A DNA stretch of 63,723 bases, filler included, from Lama guanicoe (GCA_013239625.1; 203 parts of 203 records of this genome joined end to end with filler, not necessarily neighbours in it); one strand, 5' to 3'; counted from the whole stretch's first letter, positions 12,561 to 24,706 are shown. Notes: generated by a model from the sequence alone, not told the origin. Translations and numbers: made by a program.

Positions 12561-12774
12561 TGGCCCAGCGGTAGGAAAGGTTAAACCAAAAATTTTTTTA
12601 CAGCCCTAGTGTGCGCCTGTAGCTCGGAAAATTAATTGTGGCTATAGCCGCCTCGATCGCTGTCTCCCCAGCCTCGCCGCGGCCGCTCCGGGACGCGCCC
12701 GCCCGCCGCCCGGCTCTCCCCCCCTTTGGGCTGCTGCTGCTGCTGCTGTGACTGCTGCTGCGAGAGGAGGAGGA
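12561..12774 (+). promoter_or_regulatory. FOXG1: FOXG1 core promoter / start of 5'UTR (CpG island) with CTG and GAG repeats
   Basis: From 12634, AATTGTGGCTATAGCCGCCTCGATCGCTGTCTCCCCAGCCTCGCCGCGGCCGCTCCGGGACGCGCCC...GGGCTGCTGCTGCTGCTGCTGTGACTGCTGCTGCGAGAGGAGGAGG matches my recollection of the human FOXG1 mRNA 5' end; (CTG)6 at 12731-12748. Confidence 0.75.
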
Positions 12775-12874
12775 NNNNNNNNNNNNNNNNNNNNNNNNNN
12801 NNNNNNNNNNNNNNNNNNTTAATTAATTAANNNNNNNNNNNNNNNNNNNNNNNNNNNNNNNNNNNNNNNNNNNN

Positions 12875-13088
12875 GGAATTTTACAGATATGATTAAGTTC
12901 AGGGGATTTAACAACGGGAGATGTTCCAGGATTATTTGGATGAGTTCCATATAATCACATGTGCTCTTAAAAGTGGACATTTCCTTGGCCAGAGTCAAAA
13001 GGTACATCTGAGAGATGGGGCCGAAACATCAGAGAGATTCCAAGCATGAAAGTAACTTGAACGGCTTTGCTGGATTTGAAGGGGGCTG
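12875..13088 (+). mobile_element. MLT1 (MaLR) LTR fragment
   Basis: ggaattttacagatatgattaag...ggattatttggatgagttccatataatcacatgtgctcttaaaagtgga...ttgctggatttgaa. Confidence 0.75.
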
Positions 13089-14510
13089 NNNNNNNNNNNN
13101 NNNNNNNNNNNNNNNNNNNNNNNNNNNNNNNNTTAATTAATTAANNNNNNNNNNNNNNNNNNNNNNNNNNNNNNNNNNNNNNNNNNNNTAGACAAGGTCC
13201 CATGACACCAGAGTACAAATGCCCAGTGCTCAGGGGGTACAAATGTCTTGGGGTCAGGGAGGGATTAGAAGGACAGCTACAAACACAGGGAGGAATGTTA
13301 CTCTAGCAGAGACATAGGCGAAGGCTGGGTCAAGTTCATAGGGGAAACTCCAAGGGCCTGTTTGTGCTCCCAGGTCAACTTGGGTTTCTCAGTATCAACA
13401 ATNNNNNNNNNNNNNNNNNNNNNNNNNNNNNNNNNNNNNNNNNNNNTTAATTAATTAANNNNNNNNNNNNNNNNNNNNNNNNNNNNNNNNNNNNNNNNNN
13501 NNAGTTGACACTAGGAAAGCCTAGGAGGGAGAAATGGAGAAACCTGGGGTAGGGGCAGTGTCATGGGGACCTGGAATCTGAAAGAGAAAGGTAGGGAGAA
13601 GGGCGGAAGAAAGTGTAACCAAATGTGACTTATTCAGGCTAAACCCAGGGGAAGCCCTGAATCCTCAGGCTCTCCCCACTCAGCAGGCCTGCTGCTGCTC
13701 TCCTCTGTCCACAGAANNNNNNNNNNNNNNNNNNNNNNNNNNNNNNNNNNNNNNNNNNNNTTAATTAATTAANNNNNNNNNNNNNNNNNNNNNNNNNNNN
13801 NNNNNNNNNNNNNNNNTGCACATATATCACATATAGCTTTATTTTACATTTGATTTATTTAATATATTATATGTGGTGCATTCAAGGAAGAGCGCCACGT
13901 AAATAGCTCCCAGTCGTGTGAAAAGATACTCAGACTCATCAGGAATTGGATTCGAAACTCTCATCAAAGAAGACATCCTTCTTCATTCATCAGCAAAGAT
14001 TAAAAAGATCAATAGTACTTACTATGGTTGNNNNNNNNNNNNNNNNNNNNNNNNNNNNNNNNNNNNNNNNNNNNTTAATTAATTAANNNNNNNNNNNNNN
14101 NNNNNNNNNNNNNNNNNNNNNNNNNNNNNNGTTATGACACTACTACCAAGATTCCATGAAATGCAGGAGGCGCGAAACCTGCTGTTTTTAAAGGAAGGGG
14201 AAATCGATATTGGTTGTAAAACAACACTGATGTCCATCACAACCAATCCTAATTTTCCTCATCTTGCATTTTGTGTATTCCTGTAGCTCTTATTTAAATA
14301 TTTCACAATGAAAGAAATTACTAATAAATATAGACATAAAGTTANNNNNNNNNNNNNNNNNNNNNNNNNNNNNNNNNNNNNNNNNNNNTTAATTAATTAA
14401 NNNNNNNNNNNNNNNNNNNNNNNNNNNNNNNNNNNNNNNNNNNNTCCTGAGGAAGATGGGGAGGATGGAGGTCGGGGGGTGATGAGCACGTGAACAGATT
14501 TAAAAGAGGT

Positions 14511-14612
14511 TTTAGTTTATTATTTTTCGGTGGTTGTTAATGGGGGCACCAGGGATTGAACCCAGGGCCTCATGCATGCTGAGTACGCCCTCCACCGCTG
14601 AGCTGCTCCCCC
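14511..14612 (-). mobile_element. tRNA-derived SINE (Vic-1-like)
   Basis: Reverse complement gggggagcagctcagcggtggagggcgtactcagcatgcatgaggccctgggttcaatccctgg followed by an A-rich tail. Confidence 0.85.
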
Positions 14613-16417
14613 GGCTCTAAAAGGTGTCCAGTCTGTAAAGCCCACGGCACTTGCTGATNNNNNNNNNNNNNNNNNNNNNNNNNNNNNNNNNNNNNNNNNN
14701 NNTTAATTAATTAANNNNNNNNNNNNNNNNNNNNNNNNNNNNNNNNNNNNNNNNNNNNTCATGGAGTAATGAAGGCCCCCAGCCTCGTGGCTAATTGGGC
14801 CTCCCTGCCCTTCTTCATGTGAGGAGCCGGAGGGCTTGGGTAAGGCCCCCAAACATGTTTTTGGTGAGCTTTCAGCCCTATCACACCACCTGTGTTGTCC
14901 AGTTTCACTCACATGAGTTTGATTTTTTACTGGTAGCTGTGACTCCTGGACAGTGCCTGGGACTTCCAGGTTNNNNNNNNNNNNNNNNNNNNNNNNNNNN
15001 NNNNNNNNNNNNNNNNTTAATTAATTAANNNNNNNNNNNNNNNNNNNNNNNNNNNNNNNNNNNNNNNNNNNNACTCAGGCTGTTTCCACCTTCTGTTTTG
15101 AAGTTGGCTCCTTCCTGTTTACCTCAATTAAACACACCCAGCTGTTGGTCTCAAGGGAGTTTTTAAACTAAGTGATTCATTCACATGATTAAAAAAAAAG
15201 ACATTCAATGAAAAGCATCCCTTTCACCCACACGTTTTATATTTGCCCAGTCCCCCGCCTGCTGTCTTGTGAGCATCCTTGCAGAANNNNNNNNNNNNNN
15301 NNNNNNNNNNNNNNNNNNNNNNNNNNNNNNTTAATTAATTAANNNNNNNNNNNNNNNNNNNNNNNNNNNNNNNNNNNNNNNNNNNNCCTCAAGGGTCAAG
15401 TGATTCTCCATGAGCAGCAGGTAATGTGACGCGCTGGAAGTATGCCAACAGTAACCTATGTGGAAAAAACAGAAACGGAAGAGCGATTTTCAACCTATAA
15501 CTGAAAATAACGTGGTTTCATAAAGATCGAGGAGAGGAGCTGAAGGGAGGAGTCAGGGGTTGTGTTTTATCAGTACCATGAGGCCATGTGTTTTATCAGT
15601 NNNNNNNNNNNNNNNNNNNNNNNNNNNNNNNNNNNNNNNNNNNNTTAATTAATTAANNNNNNNNNNNNNNNNNNNNNNNNNNNNNNNNNNNNNNNNNNNN
15701 GAGAGAGACAGAGGAAGAGAGTGGGTTCTGAATATATAATTTGAAATGTGGAGTCCATAGGATTTACTGATGGAAGGAGAGGGGGTTAAAAAAAAAAGAA
15801 AAGAATTTCAATCTGTGATTTTGTGTTCAATAATTTTTGTGTCTGCTTTTATTATTATTTAATTTATATTCATTTATTCAACAAAATATTAACTAATTAA
15901 ATTGTACCTATGTTNNNNNNNNNNNNNNNNNNNNNNNNNNNNNNNNNNNNNNNNNNNNTTAATTAATTAANNNNNNNNNNNNNNNNNNNNNNNNNNNNNN
16001 NNNNNNNNNNNNNNGCCAACTAGTAAAGGAAACAGAAGGCTCATCTGGGATACAACTAATGAGAACTGAAAAAGGATCTTGCACTGCAGAAGCCACATTC
16101 AGCACTGTCCATAAGACGAGAGACCATTTCTCCTGCTAACGACCATGAGACTTGCAATGAGTACCGACGTCCACTCTGTTGAAAGCCAGGCAGCTACTTG
16201 ACACTGCAGGGTTTGGAAGGCTCCAAGANNNNNNNNNNNNNNNNNNNNNNNNNNNNNNNNNNNNNNNNNNNNTTAATTAATTAANNNNNNNNNNNNNNNN
16301 NNNNNNNNNNNNNNNNNNNNNNNNNNNNATCTTTGTGGGGACACACGTTCTCATTTCTCTTGGGTAGTTATCATGGAGTCAAATTGCTGGGCAAAAGATA
16401 AACTTCTGTTTCCCTCT

Positions 16418-16538
16418 GGGGGGGGGGGTAGCTAGGTTTATTAATTAATTAATTAATTAATTAATTAATTTTTGATGGAGGTCCTGGGAATTTGGCCCAG
16501 GACCTCATGCATGCTAAGCATGAGATCTACCACCCCCC
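16418..16538 (-). mobile_element. tRNA-derived SINE (Vic-1-like) with (TTAA)7 tail, inserted next to an old L1 fragment
   Basis: Reverse complement ...catgcttagcatgcatgaggtcctggg...cctccatcaaaaa(ttaa)n taaacctagctaccccccccccc. Confidence 0.8.
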
Positions 16539-16667
16539 GAATNNNNNNNNNNNNNNNNNNNNNNNNNNNNNNNNNNNNNNNNNNNNTTAATTAATTAANN
16601 NNNNNNNNNNNNNNNNNNNNNNNNNNNNNNNNNNNNNNNNNNGAAACTGTGTTGTGCTCCCGAGCTG

Positions 16668-16840
16668 GTGTCATGTCCCAGAGCACGTGTCATCTCAGTG
16701 AGGCCACATCATGTCCACAAGCCAGAAAAATGTCTGTGAGTCCACATCATCTCCCTTACCCTGTGTCATGTCCCCAAGCTTGCATCATGTCCCCAAACTG
16801 ACATATCCCCAAGCCCTCATTATCTCCCCAAGCCCTCATT
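16668..16840. repeat. Degenerate minisatellite, unit about 19-21 bp (core TCATGTCCCCAAGC)
   Basis: Recurrent tcatgtccca / tcatgtccacaagcc / tcatgtccccaagc / tcatgtccccaaac / atatccccaagccctcatt / atctccccaagccctcatt. Confidence 0.75.
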
Positions 16841-17270
16841 GGGTTTCCAGGCCCACNNNNNNNNNNNNNNNNNNNNNNNNNNNNNNNNNNNNNNNNNNNN
16901 TTAATTAATTAANNNNNNNNNNNNNNNNNNNNNNNNNNNNNNNNNNNNNNNNNNNNAGGTTGTGTTCCAGGGAGAAGCAGACAAAATCAGCAGGTGCTTA
17001 TAGCAGTGTGTTCAGTTGCAAGCAAAGCAGGTCATATAGTATATGTTATTCAAGAGCAATTTCAAGAGTAGAAGGAGAGACTCAAGGTAGGGCGTCAAGT
17101 TGTCTTTTATTTTATTTTTAGCTTTTTTAAACACCTTTATTGTGGTGTGATTCCTGTATGGTAAACTACANNNNNNNNNNNNNNNNNNNNNNNNNNNNNN
17201 NNNNNNNNNNNNNNTTAATTAATTAANNNNNNNNNNNNNNNNNNNNNNNNNNNNNNNNNNNNNNNNNNNN

Positions 17271-17484
17271 CTGCAGTGTCATCATATCTGAAACAACAGT
17301 GTAAATACCTTAATTAAAATATATTTTATTGCTAAAATTGCTCACTACCGTCGGAGCCTTCAGCAAGCCATAATCTTCTAGCTTGGGGAGGGTCTTGCCT
17401 CAGTGCTAATGGCTGTGGACTGACCAGGGTGGTGATTGCTGAAGGCTGGGGTGGCTGCAGACACTTCTTAAAATAAGACGTGGC
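17271..17484. mobile_element. Tigger2-like (TcMar) DNA transposon internal fragment
   Basis: gagccttcagcaagccataatctt...ggagggtcttgcctcagtgctaatggctg...cagggtggtgattgctgaaggctggggtggctg...ttcttaaaataagac. Confidence 0.75.
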
Positions 17485-17898
17485 NNNNNNNNNNNNNNNN
17501 NNNNNNNNNNNNNNNNNNNNNNNNNNNNTTAATTAATTAANNNNNNNNNNNNNNNNNNNNNNNNNNNNNNNNNNNNNNNNNNNNGGGGGAGAAAAAATAT
17601 CCCATCAAGAGTGATGTGTAGCAAGCAGTAAGTTTCCAAAATCCACAAAAAGGAGAGGTATGTAAATAATAAAGTTCTGTTAAAAAATAAGGAACCAAGA
17701 AAGAATTCTGAAAAGCAAGGGAATTATGCAAAGTACTGTACGACAATCTGTCATGTTTCAAGAGGAAGGTACCGCAGAGTAAATCTTAAGCTGCGGCTNN
17801 NNNNNNNNNNNNNNNNNNNNNNNNNNNNNNNNNNNNNNNNNNTTAATTAATTAANNNNNNNNNNNNNNNNNNNNNNNNNNNNNNNNNNNNNNNNNNNN

Positions 17899-18112
17899 AC
17901 ACGTGACATCAACAAGCACCCCAATCATACCACCTGAAAGTGTTCAAGGTACTTAACTGGGGCAGAAACACTGAGGGAGGAGACAGAAGTTCGCTCAGCA
18001 CTGGCGCTTCTTTTTCCCAACTCCAACAGGAAAAGCTGGGCTTTACAGCCAGAGGCTCTCAGCCCAGGGAGCAGTGCCCACGCCGCTGAGCTGGACCTCA
18101 GGGATCGGGAAA
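17899..18112 (+). other. Bubble pair 2, copy A (partner 19155-19368)
   Basis: 49 identical bases at each end, 6 substitutions between. Confidence 0.95.
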
Positions 18113-19154
18113 NNNNNNNNNNNNNNNNNNNNNNNNNNNNNNNNNNNNNNNNNNNNTTAATTAATTAANNNNNNNNNNNNNNNNNNNNNNNNNNNNNNNN
18201 NNNNNNNNNNNNCTTTGTCTTTCCAATGATGAAATGACACTAATCATGAAATTAGAGGAGAAAGCATGTACTCAGTGGGAAGCGACAGCAGTTTCCCATA
18301 AATGTATCATAGTCCTGGCTCCTTTTGATAAGTTGGAATGATGTCACTCCCTGCAGCCCAGACCAGGGCACACTCCACTTCCCCTGCTCTCCCCACCCCC
18401 AGCACCTCCTCCCCTATCTCACAGTGNNNNNNNNNNNNNNNNNNNNNNNNNNNNNNNNNNNNNNNNNNNNTTAATTAATTAANNNNNNNNNNNNNNNNNN
18501 NNNNNNNNNNNNNNNNNNNNNNNNNNAGGACATTTTACTACTTTGATTATTTGAACCCTTCGGAAATGGTATTTTGAAGGCATTATGAAAAGCTCAGGCC
18601 TCCTCCTAAGAAGGGTGCTAACAATATGTCATGCTGCAAAAATTGTCCGTTATCCCCTAGCGAGCAGATTCTTCCAGTGGGAAATTTAAGAATATAAAAT
18701 ATGTTTACATTCGTAGCTCAGGCTTGAGGGCAGAGTGTGANNNNNNNNNNNNNNNNNNNNNNNNNNNNNNNNNNNNNNNNNNNNTTAATTAATTAANNNN
18801 NNNNNNNNNNNNNNNNNNNNNNNNNNNNNNNNNNNNNNNNGTGAAATCGAAGGAATTTTTATAAAATGGCTTGTGAGATTGTATGAAAAGTTACTTTCGA
18901 ACTTACATTCCAAGTAGCTTTAAAAAGAGTAAGGATGAAATATTTATACTTATTTGGTGAGCTGAGTACATAGAATTTTTGTATGGCCAATTTCATTTAG
19001 ACAATTTTTAGTATAATTTTAGGATTTTGATGTAGTTTTCAATGTATCACTTATNNNNNNNNNNNNNNNNNNNNNNNNNNNNNNNNNNNNNNNNNNNNTT
19101 AATTAATTAANNNNNNNNNNNNNNNNNNNNNNNNNNNNNNNNNNNNNNNNNNNN

Positions 19155-19368
19155 ACACGTGACATCAACAAGCACCCCAATCATACCACCTGAAAGTGTT
19201 CAATGTACTTAACTGGGGCAGAAACACTGAGGGAGGAGACAGAAGCTCGCTCAGCACAGGCGCTTCTTTTTCCCAACTCCACCAGGAGAAGCTGGGCTTT
19301 ACAGCCAGAGGCTCTCAGTCCAGGGAGCAGTGCCCACGCCGCTGAGCTGGACCTCAGGGATCGGGAAA
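19155..19368 (+). other. Bubble pair 2, copy B (partner 17899-18112)
   Basis: 49 identical bases at each end, 6 substitutions between. Confidence 0.95.
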
Positions 19369-19468
19369 NNNNNNNNNNNNNNNNNNNNNNNNNNNNNNNN
19401 NNNNNNNNNNNNTTAATTAATTAANNNNNNNNNNNNNNNNNNNNNNNNNNNNNNNNNNNNNNNNNNNN

Positions 19469-19682
19469 CTCAACTGCCCGGCGCGCGGGGCGGGCGCGGG
19501 GCGGCCGCGGGTGCGAGGGAAGCGGGCGGCGGGTGCCGCGCGGGGCCGGGGAAGTCAGCGAAGTGAGGCTGCGAGCGCAGTCCCCGCCTCAAAAGTTGTG
19601 GGGAGCCGCGGGAGGGAGGCCGGGGGCCGGGCGGGCGCGGCGGAGGCGGCCCCGGCGCCTCTCCATGCTGATTAGCCCGGGC
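19469..19682. promoter_or_regulatory. CpG island fragment with GC boxes (gene unidentified)
   Basis: Extremely GC- and CpG-rich, with GGGGCGGG motifs. Confidence 0.75.
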
Positions 19683-20830
19683 NNNNNNNNNNNNNNNNNN
19701 NNNNNNNNNNNNNNNNNNNNNNNNNNTTAATTAATTAANNNNNNNNNNNNNNNNNNNNNNNNNNNNNNNNNNNNNNNNNNNNTCTTCCTCTGTCCTTTTC
19801 TCCTTTCCTTTCTTCCTTCATTTAGTGATAAAAAATTATACTGGAAGTTCTGAGTGGTAAACGAGTTAAAAGGTAAGGTTTATCTAGAGTAGTAGCTTTT
19901 ATACTTTAAAAAAAAAATATATAACCCATAGCAAGAAATACGTGGGTTTTTAAATTTTAATTAATTAATTAATTATTTTATTTTTTGGAGAGAGTANNNN
20001 NNNNNNNNNNNNNNNNNNNNNNNNNNNNNNNNNNNNNNNNTTAATTAATTAANNNNNNNNNNNNNNNNNNNNNNNNNNNNNNNNNNNNNNNNNNNNGCGT
20101 GGGCGCCCCCAGCGCCCCGGGCGAGGAGCCGGCCCGCTAGGCCGCGTGGTCCTCACCCACCTCTGCTCTCTGACTTACGCAGTGAAAACTATTGGTTTTA
20201 TTTTCTTAAGGTAGATTCTTACCTTTGGTATCAAATGTTAATATATGCCAAGGAATTTTTAAAATTTCTTTTAACTCAGCAATGGAGTGATCATTCCTAC
20301 TAGAAATTCANNNNNNNNNNNNNNNNNNNNNNNNNNNNNNNNNNNNNNNNNNNNTTAATTAATTAANNNNNNNNNNNNNNNNNNNNNNNNNNNNNNNNNN
20401 NNNNNNNNNNTTTCGCAAACTCACTGCTTTGATTAGCTGTCAGTGGTCCAGCCATCATCGCATAAACAATGTCATTTCCGGAGTAAACTTCTTTGAAAAA
20501 TGTCTAAACAAATGTATATATTAATCTTTTATCTGTACAGTTGACATTTCAAATACCTCCATGGAAACTCAGGAGCAACAATGATTTGATTCTAGGCTTT
20601 CTTTACCAGAGAAGATTCTATTCANNNNNNNNNNNNNNNNNNNNNNNNNNNNNNNNNNNNNNNNNNNNTTAATTAATTAANNNNNNNNNNNNNNNNNNNN
20701 NNNNNNNNNNNNNNNNNNNNNNNNCTAGGAGGGGTTACGGAGCAGAACAACCTGGGCCCTCCATAAATTACAGAAACAAACAAACAAAAAAAAGCAAAGC
20801 AACACTACTGGTGTGCCCTGGGGGGAGAGA

Positions 20831-20901
20831 CGCCATAGCCTTTGTCTCCTCAGACCTGCGCCCGCCATTACTGGCGAATCTCGCGAGAAGAGAGGCGGGG
20901 C
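20831..20901. promoter_or_regulatory. Promoter fragment: TCTCGCGAGA element plus GC box and YY1-like CGCCAT motifs
   Basis: Perfect palindrome TCTCGCGAGA at 20879-20888, GAGGCGGGGC at 20892-20901, CGCCAT at 20831 and 20863. Confidence 0.7.
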
Positions 20902-21689
20902 TCAGCCACAGCCGGCATCTCCTCCTTTGTGCAGACCTNNNNNNNNNNNNNNNNNNNNNNNNNNNNNNNNNNNNNNNNNNNNTTAATTAATTAANNNNNN
21001 NNNNNNNNNNNNNNNNNNNNNNNNNNNNNNNNNNNNNNAAAAAAAGACTACTTCTTCAGTATAGAAGGAGGGGATGGATAAGAAGGGTCAAATAGTCATC
21101 ATTCTTTACTGGGCGCATAATATGGGTTCAACACTTTTACAAAGATCTTTAAATGTAAGCTTTCTGCTTATCAAAAATATTGGAGCCAGTATACCCATTA
21201 TACAGATAGTGACCCTGCGTTTCAATCAGATTAAATTACTTGAACAAGACATNNNNNNNNNNNNNNNNNNNNNNNNNNNNNNNNNNNNNNNNNNNNTTAA
21301 TTAATTAANNNNNNNNNNNNNNNNNNNNNNNNNNNNNNNNNNNNNNNNNNNNTGTGAAATAAGTATTCACAGGCTCCCGTGCTCTGCTTTGCTGTGGGAC
21401 AAAAAACCCATCATCATTTCATCACATATTTGGAAAACCTAAGAAAGAAATTGCCTAGAAAGAAATTGACGCCCACCACCCTGACACATATGTTAGAGGG
21501 GACCATTGAGCAACTGTGATGCCACATTGAACCATTATGTCCTTAATGTTAAGGTGAGTGTATATTNNNNNNNNNNNNNNNNNNNNNNNNNNNNNNNNNN
21601 NNNNNNNNNNTTAATTAATTAANNNNNNNNNNNNNNNNNNNNNNNNNNNNNNNNNNNNNNNNNNNNGATGAACAGACATAGATAAGCAG

Positions 21690-21772
21690 TGGAATACACA
21701 TTCTTTTCAAGTGCATATGAAATATCCTCCAGGATAGATCATATGCTAGGTCACAAAACAAGTCTCAATATA
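21690..21772 (+). mobile_element. LINE-1 ORF2 endonuclease fragment
   Basis: Translates EYTFFSSAYEISSRIDHMLGHKTSLN (L1 motif YTFFS..H.T.SRIDHILGHK.SL). Confidence 0.9.
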
Positions 21773-21980
21773 AGTCAAAGATGCAGCAAGGAGGCTCAGA
21801 GAGAGGCAGGGTCTCAGCAGTGTGAGGAATTTTCATTCTATACTCACTTTCCCTGAAGTTTCCTGGGTGCTGGGACAGGTNNNNNNNNNNNNNNNNNNNN
21901 NNNNNNNNNNNNNNNNNNNNNNNNTTAATTAATTAANNNNNNNNNNNNNNNNNNNNNNNNNNNNNNNNNNNNNNNNNNNN

Positions 21981-22194
21981 TTGCATTCCTGAGAGACATT
22001 ACACTTCATCATGGTATATAATCCTTTCTGTGTGCTGCTGGATTTGGTTTGCTAGTATATTATTGAGGATTTTTATATCTATATTCATAAATGGTATTGT
22101 TCTGTAGTTTTCTTGTCTTATGGTATATTTGGTTTTGGTATCAGTGTAATACTGGCCTCATAGAGTGAGCTGTGAAGTGTTCCTACCTCTTCTA
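21981..22194 (-). mobile_element. LINE-1 ORF2 fragment
   Basis: tgctgctggatttggtttgctagtatattattgaggattttt...tttggtatcagtgtaatactggcctcatag. Confidence 0.9.
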
Positions 22195-24492
22195 NNNNNN
22201 NNNNNNNNNNNNNNNNNNNNNNNNNNNNNNNNNNNNNNTTAATTAATTAANNNNNNNNNNNNNNNNNNNNNNNNNNNNNNNNNNNNNNNNNNNNAGTGAG
22301 TTCATTTCTTTAAACAAACAAGTCACAAAAGTCTATGCTGAGGAATAAGAAAGCAGATTTGGGAGCCAGTCTGCTTGATGGTCAAGTCACAGGTCAACTA
22401 CTTGCTAACCATGGATTCATGGCTCAACTAGTCAACCTCCTTAAGCTACAGTTGCCTAATTAACTAACAGTAAGCTGTAACAGCACAGCTACTCTGCAAA
22501 GCTGTTGTNNNNNNNNNNNNNNNNNNNNNNNNNNNNNNNNNNNNNNNNNNNNTTAATTAATTAANNNNNNNNNNNNNNNNNNNNNNNNNNNNNNNNNNNN
22601 NNNNNNNNGAACCGCACTGTGTCCCATGGCTTGGACCGTGAGGATGAGGAAAAACAGCTTGCTCTTCTGTCTAGAATTCCATCTGGACTACTGGAAAGTA
22701 AATTGTTGAAAAGAAGAAATGAATTAACTAAAGAATTCATTTATCTAAGAGGCTATTCTCCCAATGCTTCACTGAGTTCTACTCATTTATTTTCCCATAA
22801 AATATCTTGGAATTAAAAAAAANNNNNNNNNNNNNNNNNNNNNNNNNNNNNNNNNNNNNNNNNNNNTTAATTAATTAANNNNNNNNNNNNNNNNNNNNNN
22901 NNNNNNNNNNNNNNNNNNNNNNGCTTTATGTGCTGGCTTTGAAGGGAAAGAACTTCACCAGAAAACTCAGCTAGAAATTCTGGTGATCTATCAACTTCTT
23001 CTATAGATATGCCCACTCTAATCCTCCAACTCCCTTCTTGGGGAGCTCATCTTAGAACTTTGTGCCTCTCCTGATCCTACAGAACTGTGTAAGGTTCTGA
23101 GAGCTGTTTGCTCCTTTTCCCTAGGGCAGTGCCCTGNNNNNNNNNNNNNNNNNNNNNNNNNNNNNNNNNNNNNNNNNNNNTTAATTAATTAANNNNNNNN
23201 NNNNNNNNNNNNNNNNNNNNNNNNNNNNNNNNNNNNCCTCCTTTCTCCCTCCCTGGGGCTCCTTGGGGAGAGCAGCATGACACCGAGCCCAAAGCTGGGG
23301 AAAGGTCTAGCCCCTGGGACAGACCGTGCAGAGGGATGCAACCCGTGGGGCAGGGGGACCCACAGTCCCAAAGGCAAGGCCCCTTAGTCACTGTGTCCCT
23401 TCACTGGCTGCGGATCTGGTCATCTTGCAGAGCAGAATCATTAGGCAAAGNNNNNNNNNNNNNNNNNNNNNNNNNNNNNNNNNNNNNNNNNNNNTTAATT
23501 AATTAANNNNNNNNNNNNNNNNNNNNNNNNNNNNNNNNNNNNNNNNNNNNAGCAATTAAATTCTAAAAGATGAAATTTAATCAGGATAAATGAAAAAGTC
23601 CTAATTTCAGGGTAAAATATTTTATGGTCCAGGATCAAGATACTGAAGCTTAATATCATAACATGCATAGAATACTACAAATTAGTGGGAAATAGTCATT
23701 GAGCACTTTTTCTACGTTAGTTTAAGAGCTAAGCATTTTACAAGCATCACTTAGCTTGATCTTCNNNNNNNNNNNNNNNNNNNNNNNNNNNNNNNNNNNN
23801 NNNNNNNNTTAATTAATTAANNNNNNNNNNNNNNNNNNNNNNNNNNNNNNNNNNNNNNNNNNNNGAGGCTCTCCAGGGGTCCAGCCCCCATCACTTTGGT
23901 CAAATTCTTCCCCGAACCTGCCACACGGCCTCCCAGAGCCTGCAGGTTGTCCTCAGGGTGAGGGGTGGGGGACCTCAGAGAGATGGCCATGCCAGGCGGG
24001 GACAAGGAGCTGGAGCCACAGCGACGAGGGACGGAGACGATGACTGGTTTATTTACTGCACACCAGGACCGGTCTCTGNNNNNNNNNNNNNNNNNNNNNN
24101 NNNNNNNNNNNNNNNNNNNNNNTTAATTAATTAANNNNNNNNNNNNNNNNNNNNNNNNNNNNNNNNNNNNNNNNNNNNATACAATCCAAAAAGCATAAAA
24201 AATATTAACTGATGTCAAATGCACAGGTATAGAACCAGCAAAAGGTGTGTGTGATGTCTCTTCACATATAAAAAAAATACTGAAAAAAATAAATTAGTAG
24301 CAAGTTTTACTGTTTTGCTTATTTTTAAATTTTGTGGCAATATTTTTTTTTACTAAATTTATCTCTAATTTTAAAAGTAAACTCTATAGACANNNNNNNN
24401 NNNNNNNNNNNNNNNNNNNNNNNNNNNNNNNNNNNNTTAATTAATTAANNNNNNNNNNNNNNNNNNNNNNNNNNNNNNNNNNNNNNNNNNNN

Positions 24493-24706
24493 CGGCGTTG
24501 CTCACTTTTGAATTTTAAGTGCAAACACGGTTGAACAGCGTCCCCCCGGAAGCTGGCTTCCTCCACTCAGCGCCGCATGTGCAAACCCCCAGCTGGCTTT
24601 GCAGGGAGGGGGGTGTCCGCATCGCCGCTCTGGAGGCTCCCCCGGCATGCACGTGCTGGGGACCGCGTCTGCCCGGCTCTGGTGGGCGTTTGGTTGCTGC
24701 AGTTTG
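24493..24706. promoter_or_regulatory. CpG-rich fragment (island edge)
   Basis: Many CpGs; CACGTG E-box and CCGGAAG ETS-like motif. Confidence 0.45.
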
